Source: a virus
IMG/VR virus record: IMGVR_UViG_3300005976_000005
Coordinates: 1 to 36,447 of that record
DNA length: 36,447 nt
Strand: one strand, 5' to 3'
Shown: positions 27,504 through 35,014 of the stretch, in pieces
How the letters are laid out: each line of letters begins with the position of its first letter
Position numbering within the stretch: the stretch's first letter is position 1
Notes under the pieces: generated by a model
Seen by the model: the letters and a program-made list of their open reading frames with translations, nothing else
The model's database searches: none
What the model was told of the DNA's origin: nothing
Program-made: the position numbers and the translations under genes

Positions 27504-27891
27504 GAGTGTACCACTTGCTATCGCCAAATTTACGATAAAGCCATCTGTCGATGAACATGTACTCCCACTCCTGGTCCGAATGAATATCATCAAACTCTTC
27601 CATACTCTTTGAAACAATCGGACCAACGTTCTTCTCTCCATGGTCTCGGCCGTAGTAGACAGTATAACCATCGACCGGCTTCTCGAAGGAGTGTCCCTCT
27701 GGCAGGTCACACCTTGGACCGAGACTGGACATATCACCACCTGAAACAAGGTCCTTCACCTTGTCCAGAGTGTTGTAGTTGTCCAGAAGAATCTTTCCAT
27801 TGTACGAGGGATAGCCATCCCAGTGACAGTAGACAGACACAATCTTATCAGTTTCAGGATCACGATAACCAATTCTTGAACGAGTTCCCAT
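27466..27891 (-). CDS. phage hypothetical protein (YCHWDGYP motif), C-terminus altered by the IS remnant
   Basis: MGTRSRIG...SVYCHWDGYPSYNGKILL. Confidence 0.75.
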   Translation of the reverse strand: MGTRSRIGYRDPETDKIVSVYCHWDGYPSYNGKILLDNYNTLDKVKDLVSGGDMSSLGPRCDLPEGHSFEKPVDGYTVYYGRDHGEKNVGPIVSKSMEEFDDIHSDQEWEYMFIDRWLYRKFGDSKWYTLTVPSNLDILKC

Positions 27892-28007
27892 CTCTTCTTT
27901 CCTTTGTTTGAATGTCTCTCAATCACTACACATATAATATAATGCTTGGGGACTAAAAAGTCAATAGCCAATATAATATTTTTTGATTTTTATTGGCATG
28001 ATGTTTG

Positions 28008-28193
28008 CTACGAAGAAGCCCAACCAAAAAAGACAAACAGACTCGGACCAATTTTCATACAACCACAAGGACCCCACTTGTTATAAATTCGACTATCATT
28101 CAAGAGGTCGCGGTCCTCTTCTACAATATACTCTTCTACGTTGGTCTCGTCGATTCCTTCGGGCGTTTCAAACATAACGAAACTATTCTTCAT
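28008..28193 (-). CDS. hypothetical protein
   Basis: ORF in cassette. Confidence 0.5.
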   Translation of the reverse strand: MKNSFVMFETPEGIDETNVEEYIVEEDRDLLNDSRIYNKWGPCGCMKIGPSLFVFFGWASS

Positions 28194-28309
28194 TCCAATC
28201 TCACCGGTGTACTCATATCCGGCCCTTTCCAGGGATTCTCTTTTGGCAAGTTGAAATGCTTCTTTTGCGTTCTCACCATTCGAGTACGTTATGAATTAAT
28301 CTGCTCCCA

Positions 28310-28537
28310 TTAGAGACCATTCCTTTCATATTCCTCGTCGAGGATGACAGTCACTCTCGAAATATCTGACCCGTACTTGAATTGTTCATTGGCCTTCTTC
28401 ATAGCATATTTGTATGACAGTGGCTTTGGAGTACAAGCGTATCGAGCCATCCACTTGTTATCAGTCGACCAAACCCAGTCGATGCCACAATGATCATGGA
28501 CAAAGGCATAGAACTTTCCGGGTACTTTCTTGCTCAT
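28310..28537 (-). CDS. hypothetical protein
   Basis: AGGAG RBS. Confidence 0.6.
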   Translation of the reverse strand: MSKKVPGKFYAFVHDHCGIDWVWSTDNKWMARYACTPKPLSYKYAMKKANEQFKYGSDISRVTVILDEEYERNGL

Positions 28538-28550
28538 ATTGAAACACTCC

Positions 28551-28772
28551 TTAGTTTTTGAAAAAGATTTTCATTCCCTTTAGGTTTCTTTTTTTGGCGG
28601 ACTCATTATACATGGCATAAGAAGGAGTCTCGAATGCCAGGTTATAGTCTGAGTGAATACCACCACCAGAAACAACAGTCATGCTCATAGGAACATTGTC
28701 CTTAATATCCATGGTACCAGTATACATTCCAGCATACTTGTTGAATGTCAGATTACTTGATTGGACTTTCAT
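28551..28772 (-). CDS. hypothetical protein
   Basis: AGGAG RBS. Confidence 0.6.
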   Translation of the reverse strand: MKVQSSNLTFNKYAGMYTGTMDIKDNVPMSMTVVSGGGIHSDYNLAFETPSYAMYNESAKKRNLKGMKIFFKN

Positions 28773-28972
28773 GGCAGAACTCCTTCTGAAATGTGTTTGT
28801 TATGCTCCAAAACATCAATAGGCATCTTCCAGTTGTCCTTATCGCAGACTCCATCGAATGCCCTCCGAAGTTCATCTCTGTCAAATCCATTCCATCGAAA
28901 CATCTCATCTCTTCTCTTGTTGAATGATCATCTATAATATACAGCCAGACCAAGGAAAAGTCAATAGTTTTT

Positions 28973-29182
28973 TCACTCACCATTAAAATAATGTCCGAGG
29001 TCCAGGTCCACTTCATCCCTAATCATATTCCCATCTTCATCGTATTTGGTACAGGCGAATACAGTCATCTTATATGTACTCCCATCCCATCTGCGAATAT
29101 CCTCCTCCATCTCTAACGAAGCGCCGTACTTTCTGAAGAGGGCTTTCATTTCATCTAGGAACTGCTTTGAAGTATCATTCAT
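28973..29182 (-). CDS. hypothetical protein, first gene of the leftward early block
   Basis: Promoter 29224-29252, AGGAG RBS. Confidence 0.65.
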   Translation of the reverse strand: MNDTSKQFLDEMKALFRKYGASLEMEEDIRRWDGSTYKMTVFACTKYDEDGNMIRDEVDLDLGHYFNGE

Positions 29183-29402
29183 TTCTCTTCTCCTTTATAT
29201 GAGTGTCTCTCAACCACGTCTATAATATACAGCCAAACAAAGGAAAAGTCAATAGCAAATTTTATTGAACCAATCTTCACAATAAAATCTATTTTTTTCT
29301 GAAAACCCACGGAAAAACAGTAGTTATTGTGAGAGGATTCACAATAACTATAAAATATTATAAAGTACTTGACTTTTCAGCATCCATCATTTATATTATA
29401 AT

Positions 29403-29484
29403 CATAGGGTGGCAAGAAGACCACCAGAAGAGGCCATGGGCGAGGGTAGCCCGCCCACTCGGAGTCCAGTTTAGGCGCCTAAAC
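29403..29484 (+). ncRNA. candidate small RNA, copy B
   Basis: Promoter TTGACT-17-TATATT (29369-29397); inverted near-duplicate of 21959-22037. Confidence 0.5.
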
Positions 29485-29497
29485 TTAAACGCCTAAA

Positions 29498-29517
29498 TGT
29501 GGATAACTTGTGGATAA
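29498..29517. promoter_or_regulatory. two tandem perfect DnaA boxes
   Basis: TGTGGATAA at 29498-29506 and 29509-29517 (reverse complement TTATCCACA). Confidence 0.7.
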
Positions 29518-29610
29518 CTTTTTATGTAAGCCATCTTTCATCTGTCAATCAAGGCTCATATAAGTCAAATTCCATTTGTCAAAGTTGACTAAACACAACA
29601 CAAGATATAT

Positions 29611-29639
29611 TTGACAAGACTCCCGGAATATGTTATAAT
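29611..29639 (+). promoter_or_regulatory. perfect consensus sigma70 promoter
   Basis: TTGACA-17nt-TATAAT with extended -10 TG; followed by GGAGACTC/GAGTCTCC hairpin. Confidence 0.8.
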
Positions 29640-29692
29640 ATGATAGAGAGCAATACGGAGACTCTTCTACAAAGGGAAAGGAGTCTCCAGAA

Positions 29693-29926
29693 ATGGTAAG
29701 ACTTATTCAGTCAATCTTTACATGGTGTAAAGTCAACTTCATATCAATTATATTCTCAATCTGGATGTTCTGGGTCACAGCAAACATTATCCTAATACAG
29801 ATGAGACTGAATGGATTTGAGAAGGACATTGGATACATTTCAAAGTCCATTATCATTATACTGAATTCAATAGGATTCGATATACCATTAGAGATGGTCG
29901 ATGATGGTTCAGATAGCACATGTTGA
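29693..29926 (+). CDS. putative membrane protein
   Basis: Downstream of consensus promoter, AGGAG RBS, hydrophobic segment. Confidence 0.55.
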   Translation: MVRLIQSIFTWCKVNFISIIFSIWMFWVTANIILIQMRLNGFEKDIGYISKSIIIILNSIGFDIPLEMVDDGSDSTC

Positions 29927-30033
29927 CTTGAGAGAAATGTGGGTTGACTTGAGAGAAATGTGGGTTGACTTGAGAGAAATGTGGGTTGACTTGAGAGAAA
30001 TGTGGGTTGACTTGAGAGAAATGTGGGTTGACT
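29922..30033. repeat. 21-bp tandem repeat, 5 copies plus partial (iteron-like)
   Basis: Unit GTTGACTTGAGAGAAATGTGG at 29922, 29943, 29964, 29985, 30006. Confidence 0.95.
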
Positions 30034-30190
30034 AAGAAGAGAATGGAGACTGTCAAATAAGAAATGACAATTTGGAAACCTGGATGGATAATCCGAGTGT
30101 GGGTTGACTAAAAGGCAAATAAAAGGTTGACTTTATATATTAGGTTGACTGGAGGAGGACTTTTTATTATATAATACAGTGGTCCTATCA

Positions 30191-30330
30191 GAGTCTACCT
30201 AGTCTACCTAGTCCACCGAGTCCACCGAGTCTACCTAGTCCACCAAGTCCACCAAGTCCACCAAGTCCACCGAGTCTACCTAGTCCACCGAGTCCACCAA
30301 GTCCACCAAGTCCACCGAGTCTACCTAGTC
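30191..30330. repeat. 9-bp degenerate tandem repeat, ~15 copies
   Basis: (G/T/A)AGTC(C/T)ACC units. Confidence 0.95.
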
Positions 30331-31033
30331 TTGCTGAGAGTCTACCAAGTCCTCTCTGTTCTGTGTGTGTTCTGTGTGTGTTCTGTGTATGTTTCGTAGT
30401 CATCCCATGTACACAGCAAGAGGGACGGTAGGCCCTATTTCTCATATGTTATTATCTTATTAGTAAGTGGTGGATAAATCGTGGGTAACTTTCTTTTATT
30501 TTAAGAACTTAGTTAAAATATGTTTTATACTGGAATCTCAATCAAATAAGTGTTTTGACAGATGAAAGAAAGAATCGTATTAGGATATCTATGTATATGG
30601 ATGTTGGTAAATACATTGACAATCTTGTTTCCTGGGATTTCTACTACAAAACATTTGGTATTTTTTTTTGATACTCGTTACTTTCATGTTATGGGGGGGT
30701 TTCACAAGGGATGATTATCTTTACTTTCTGGAGTTCGGGAGTCTCGATGGATTGGATATAAGCATTATGTGCCTTTGTGGATGGACTTACTTGAGGAAAG
30801 GAATAACATATCAAGTGATCTATTTTGATGGAAGAGTACTTGATTGAATTGGAGTTTGGTGAAGAATGGGAAGGTGGATTTAATTTTGTTGTTGAATCAA
30901 GTAATGATGTTTTTTGGCTCATTGGCATATGTTAAGGTTAGCATGGATTGACGAAAGAAATTTGGAAAGTGATCTTGAAAAGGCAAGATTACGTTTTGAG
31001 AAATATCTTTGTGAACTTGAAGAGGGGAATGAA

Positions 31034-31226
31034 ATGGAAGTAATCTATAAGTTCGAATTGAGTTTGTGTGATTATCAGTTTGTAAGTATGCCTATTGGTT
31101 CACGTATTCTTTGCGTTAAGGAACAGAATGGTGCTATGTGATTGTGATGCTGAATACGAACAAAGGAATGTAGGAATATATGGTATTGGTCATCGGCGGA
31201 CATTTAAAGGAGAAGATATGGAATGA
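31034..31226 (+). pseudogene. degraded small phage gene (MEVIYKFEL...MPIGSRILCV.../RNVGIYGIGH)
   Basis: In-frame TGA stops plus a frame change. Confidence 0.4.
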
Positions 31227-31495
31227 TAAGGTGGAAAATCTTTAGAAACAAGAAAGAATGTAGTGATGAAAAACTACACAGCAGTTCCTCGTTTATAAGA
31301 AAGATGGATGTCTTGGCTAAGAAATTATATCATGAAGAGATGTTTGACGGTTCTGAGATGTTGGATAGTATATGGGAATGTTTACTTGATGGAATGGAGT
31401 TTAGTGATACAATAACAACGGAGAATATTCTGTATAATGAAGTGTATTGTTTACAAACCAGAATACTAATAAAGAATGATGAGATGGATAATTGA
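31223..31495 (+). CDS. MIxWK-family small protein
   Basis: MIRWKIF...KMDVLAKK. Confidence 0.75.
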   Translation: MIRWKIFRNKKECSDEKLHSSSSFIRKMDVLAKKLYHEEMFDGSEMLDSIWECLLDGMEFSDTITTENILYNEVYCLQTRILIKNDEMDN

Positions 31496-31676
31496 CAAGA
31501 GGTTTTTAGGTAGAGGCTTTTATGAATTGGAATATATGATTATGGAAGAGATGGATATTCTATTGAAAAAAGAGAAGATGGAAAGAACCAAATTAGATAA
31601 TGAAACATTCTATTACTCATTTGAAGAGTATGCTTACTATAATGAGTTCGGAAGTCTCGATGGATTTTCTGTATGA
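31476..31676 (+). CDS. MIxWK-family small protein
   Basis: MMRWII...EMDILLKK. Confidence 0.75.
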   Translation: MMRWIIDKRFLGRGFYELEYMIMEEMDILLKKEKMERTKLDNETFYYSFEEYAYYNEFGSLDGFSV

Positions 31677-31840
31677 AGTACTGGAAAGCTAATAAACATC
31701 TTTACGGAATAGGAAGGGAAAGTATAGATAACTTGTTGTCGCATATGGACATAATGGTAATTAAGGAAATGTTTCCTGAAGATGACTTTGAAAGGATATC
31801 TGATTGGGTCGAAGAAAAAGAAGAAAGGAATAAACTATGA
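31673..31840 (+). CDS. MIxWK-family small protein, 55 aa
   Basis: Hand-translated MKYWKA...HMDIMVIK; ATGA overlaps at both ends. Confidence 0.7.
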   Translation: MKYWKANKHLYGIGRESIDNLLSHMDIMVIKEMFPEDDFERISDWVEEKEERNKL

Positions 31841-32210
31841 AGTCCTGGATTGTAAGAAAGAATATGAATTATCCGATAATATTATAGAAAGTCTGATAGA
31901 AATTGAATTGTTGAAACTTGAATATGGTCTGGCAGGAGAAGATCATAATGATGGTTAAGTGACAGGCATCGAGGCAATTTTTTTAAGATTTCATTGCTTG
32001 GAATGTATTTGTGGAACTACCAAAGATGGTAGTATTGTTAAGATTGGTAATATCGTGTAATCAATTCAAAAATAGACAGTTACATAGAAACATTGATGGA
32101 CGTTTTGAAAATGAAAAAGTTCATGGAAAAGATATACGAGGCAAAGTGGACAACAGTTGACAAAGCAGAGATAACAGCAGTCTTCGAAGCAATGGTTGAC
32201 ATGTGGTAAT
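31837..32210 (+). pseudogene. two or more degraded MIxWK-family copies
   Basis: MKSWIVRK (frameshift in A-run); MVK-TGA at 31951; LMDVLKMKK remnant near 32095. Confidence 0.55.
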
Positions 32211-32214
32211 TAAT

Positions 32215-32433
32215 ATGGTAAAATGGTGTAGAGCGAAAAGAGTTTCGAAACATATGGAGAATTATATGTTATTCTCTTGTCGGGAGGTAATAGATTCCGA
32301 AATGGACTTGATGAAAAAGAAAGAAATATATATGAGACATCCTGATTTAAGTCTCTCTGATTTTTCCGCATGGGTCGAAACTATAGAAAAATACGATGAG
32401 TGTGTTATCGATGACAGGAGGTACTACCCATGA
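32215..32433 (+). CDS. MIxWK-family small protein
   Basis: MVKWCR...EMDLMKKK. Confidence 0.72.
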   Translation: MVKWCRAKRVSKHMENYMLFSCREVIDSEMDLMKKKEIYMRHPDLSLSDFSAWVETIEKYDECVIDDRRYYP

Positions 32434-32633
32434 TTAGGTGGAAATTTCATAAGGATTTCATGAAAATTGACAACTACAATATTCTCATGGATGCTTACAA
32501 ATCGAAAAAACAAATAAGAAGAAGAATGTGTTTAATATACAACGACGTTGACCTTAATAGTTTCAAACTTATTGTTGTAAATTCTTGTGATGATTACCTT
32601 TATAATCTGGAGAACTTGGATGATTATGTGTAA
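32430..32633 (+). CDS. MIxWK-family small protein
   Basis: MIRWKFH...LMDAYKSKK. Confidence 0.75.
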   Translation: MIRWKFHKDFMKIDNYNILMDAYKSKKQIRRRMCLIYNDVDLNSFKLIVVNSCDDYLYNLENLDDYV

Positions 32634-32835
32634 AATAGACAAGATAGGTAATCAAAACAATCATAACAAATTGACTCTTGACAACAAGTACATGTGGATT
32701 TACTATCCAGACGAAATTGATATAATTTTTGATATTTTAAAAGTACGTTGCGTCTTTGAGGAAATTGGAGGATTACTTGTTTGTGGAAAATTCTATAACA
32801 TATTTGAAGAATATATTGAGGATGTTGAAAAATGA
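32626..32835 (+). CDS. divergent array member
   Basis: MCKIDK...IFDILKVR; coupled to neighbours. Confidence 0.6.
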   Translation: MCKIDKIGNQNNHNKLTLDNKYMWIYYPDEIDIIFDILKVRCVFEEIGGLLVCGKFYNIFEEYIEDVEK

Positions 32836-32972
32836 TTAGATGGAAGATAGAGAAACTGATGATTGTTAATAAGGCAAAGAGGCACAAGAAAGAGATTGAC
32901 AAATGGATTGGTATACGGACTGACGTATTGAAGTCTAAAAAGTATAGAGAGAGAGTCAGAGAAGAAATATGA
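32832..32972 (+). CDS. MIxWK-family small protein, 46 aa (possibly frameshift-truncated)
   Basis: Hand-translated MIRWKIEK...RTDVLKSKK. Confidence 0.65.
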   Translation: MIRWKIEKLMIVNKAKRHKKEIDKWIGIRTDVLKSKKYRERVREEI

Positions 32973-33008
32973 TGAGTTGGGAAGAGTGGCTTGAATGGAG
33001 TTTGGTGA

Positions 33009-33263
33009 ATGATTAGGTGGAAACTTTGTAAAATTTTGAAAATTGAAGGTGAATCATTACATTCTATCGTGGAACTTTCTGCTCATACCGACGTATTATT
33101 AAAACTTGATCTCATTGAGCAAAATGTAAACATTATCTTCAAGCAATGGGTTGACGAAAGAAAATGTGAAGGTGAAACATGTACTCCTAGAGATATAAAG
33201 GATTTCATTGAAATTGTTAAAATGGAAAAAGAATGTTATTTGGAGAAATTGGAAAATGATTAA
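33009..33263 (+). CDS. MIxWK-family small protein
   Basis: MIRWKLC...HTDVLLK. Confidence 0.75.
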   Translation: MIRWKLCKILKIEGESLHSIVELSAHTDVLLKLDLIEQNVNIIFKQWVDERKCEGETCTPRDIKDFIEIVKMEKECYLEKLEND

Positions 33264-33453
33264 GTGGAAAATTTATAAAAGCGAAGGACATGATAGTCTA
33301 TATAACTTTGATATCAAGCCTTCTCACCTTACAGATGTATTACTTGTAGGAAACATAGTTGACTTTACAGACATGTTTTTCACTGTTGATGGACTTGGTA
33401 TATGTAATGGTTGGAATGACTTTATTAGTAAAATGGAGGATATGAATGATTAA
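33256..33453 (+). CDS. MIxWK-family small protein
   Basis: MIKWKIY...LTDVLL. Confidence 0.75.
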   Translation: MIKWKIYKSEGHDSLYNFDIKPSHLTDVLLVGNIVDFTDMFFTVDGLGICNGWNDFISKMEDMND

Positions 33454-33664
33454 GTGGAGAGTTTACAGAACGACAAAGAATATAGATAGAGCAGTCAGAA
33501 ACCTAATGGATATTTACAACTGGAAACTGGCTGTTAAGTTTATTGAGAAGAAGTCATTGAAGGAAGATTATAGGGATAGTGAAGCTAATTGGAAGAGATG
33601 GTACAGTGAGAAACTTGACAATATGGAATCAACTGAAGTCTTCACTATAGATAGAAGAAGGTAG
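33446..33664 (+). CDS. MIxWK-family small protein
   Basis: MIKWRVY...LMDIYNWK. Confidence 0.75.
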   Translation: MIKWRVYRTTKNIDRAVRNLMDIYNWKLAVKFIEKKSLKEDYRDSEANWKRWYSEKLDNMESTEVFTIDRRR

Positions 33665-33694
33665 TTTGACTAATCAAAAGGAAAATGTTATATT

Positions 33695-33937
33695 ATGATA
33701 AGATGGGAATTTAAGAAACAGGGTCTTGTTTGGAATTCTAAGATAGAATATAATGATTCACCTTCAATCTCGTACAAATCAAGAAGAGGACCTTTATGTA
33801 ATACATTAATGGAAAGACACCGCAATGAATTGGAAAAGAATATTGTACTTAATAGAGTAATGGATGTTCTTGTTCACAAATCAATTTTAGAAACAAGATA
33901 TGGTACACACACAACAAGGGAGCTGCTTGACATATGA
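33695..33937 (+). CDS. MIxWK-family small protein
   Basis: MIRWEFK...VMDVLVHK. Confidence 0.75.
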   Translation: MIRWEFKKQGLVWNSKIEYNDSPSISYKSRRGPLCNTLMERHRNELEKNIVLNRVMDVLVHKSILETRYGTHTTRELLDI

Positions 33938-34176
33938 TGTACTATAGAGCCGATAAAACGGATGGATTTTTCTATGAGGGATATCAAGGATACACTTTTA
34001 TGGCTATTACTGATGATTTAGAACTTATAGATGAAGGAGCCTGTACAAGAGAAGGTCCAAACAGTCTAAAGCTAAGTGCTATGACAGACGCAGTTTTATT
34101 TCAACAAGTATTCGGATACAAATGGTGGGTAGAAGATGAAGAGAGAATGGAAGATAATAAAGCCCAAACAATATAA
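33934..34176 (+). CDS. hypothetical protein within the array (not clearly family)
   Basis: MMYYRADK...MTDAVL; ATGA overlap. Confidence 0.6.
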   Translation: MMYYRADKTDGFFYEGYQGYTFMAITDDLELIDEGACTREGPNSLKLSAMTDAVLFQQVFGYKWWVEDEERMEDNKAQTI

Positions 34177-34372
34177 TGGATATATTACACGTCTTGAATT
34201 TAAGATTGATTATATTGGGAAAGTCACGGAAGTTATGACATCATATAACTCTGCTGATTTCAACAAGTATATTGATATCATGATGGATGAATTACTTTTC
34301 AGAGAGAAGATAATAAAGCCATCTGGTAAAAGAAGATTAGAAATTTATGAGGAGTTTATAAATCATGATTAA
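34136..34372 (+). CDS. MIxWK-family small protein
   Basis: MKREWKII...MMDELLFREK. Confidence 0.7.
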   Translation: MKREWKIIKPKQYNGYITRLEFKIDYIGKVTEVMTSYNSADFNKYIDIMMDELLFREKIIKPSGKRRLEIYEEFINHD

Positions 34373-34577
34373 ATGGTCAATGAGGTTAAGGTCAATAGAT
34401 GAATGGCACGGAGTGGATGATTTAGAACATTATGCATTCCATGATAGTGAAGTTAAGAAAATTAAGGAAATGCTAATGGATGCTGTCAAGATGAAGAACA
34501 TTGAAGATAAATTAAGTCCATGTGACAAGTGGTTTTTTACAGGTATAAAAAATATGTACTGGAGTGAAGATGATTGA
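34365..34577 (+). CDS. MIxWK-family small protein
   Basis: MIKWSM...LMDAVKMK. Confidence 0.75.
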   Translation: MIKWSMRLRSIDEWHGVDDLEHYAFHDSEVKKIKEMLMDAVKMKNIEDKLSPCDKWFFTGIKNMYWSEDD

Positions 34578-34791
34578 GTGGAAAGTATATAAACAAACGG
34601 TGGTTCCATCACTTGCTAGCTTAAATGATTATTTTGACTCAATGAAGATGCTTAGAACAATAAAGAATTCAGAAAATCGTTTAGGGTATGTTACAGTTGG
34701 ATATATAGAAGACATAAGCAGAATATTCATATTAGGAAGTTCATCAAATAAAAGATATCTTGACCTTCTTGAGGACGGTAAAGTTGATTAA
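34570..34791 (+). CDS. MIxWK-family small protein
   Basis: MIEWKVY...FDSMKMLR. Confidence 0.72.
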   Translation: MIEWKVYKQTVVPSLASLNDYFDSMKMLRTIKNSENRLGYVTVGYIEDISRIFILGSSSNKRYLDLLEDGKVD

Positions 34792-35014
34792 CTGGAAACT
34801 GAAAAAGCTATTTGATTTTGGGAAGACTCAGGACTTCTTCTTTTGTTATACTGATATAGTGAGAATGATTAAGGAAATAAAATTGACGACTTCACTTGGA
34901 AGATGTTTTATAACAATAGAGGACAGTAAGAGTGGTAAAAGATACACCATAAGTTCTGTAGAAGAATACCTCAATATGTTAGAGGATGGAATTAATGATA
35001 AAATGGAACTATGA
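34784..35014 (+). CDS. MIxWK-family small protein (TTG start)
   Basis: MINWKLK...YTDIVRMIK; C-terminus resembles the previous gene. Confidence 0.7.
   Translation: MINWKLKKLFDFGKTQDFFFCYTDIVRMIKEIKLTTSLGRCFITIEDSKSGKRYTISSVEEYLNMLEDGINDKMEL

Larger units (their letters stand above)
21602..29252 (-). promoter_or_regulatory. cluster of ~16 near-identical early-type sigma70 promoters
   Basis: TTGAC(A/T)-17nt-TATATT(ATA) at 21602 (weak -35), 21910, 22042, 22776, 23334, 23771, 24428, 24788, 25562, 25905, 26247, 26624, 27063 (TTGATT), 27936, 28935, 29224. Confidence 0.85.

Noticed and set aside
29856-30445. ORFs with VNPHFSQ and GGL/GRL repeats
   Set aside because: Translations of the 21-bp and 9-bp tandem repeats with no RBS or supporting context
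22542-31962. TGA reassignment suggested by in-frame TGAs at 22542, 31139 and 31960
   Set aside because: Many genes end in TGA with ATGA coupling, long genes have no internal TGA, and no suppressor tRNA is seen in the window
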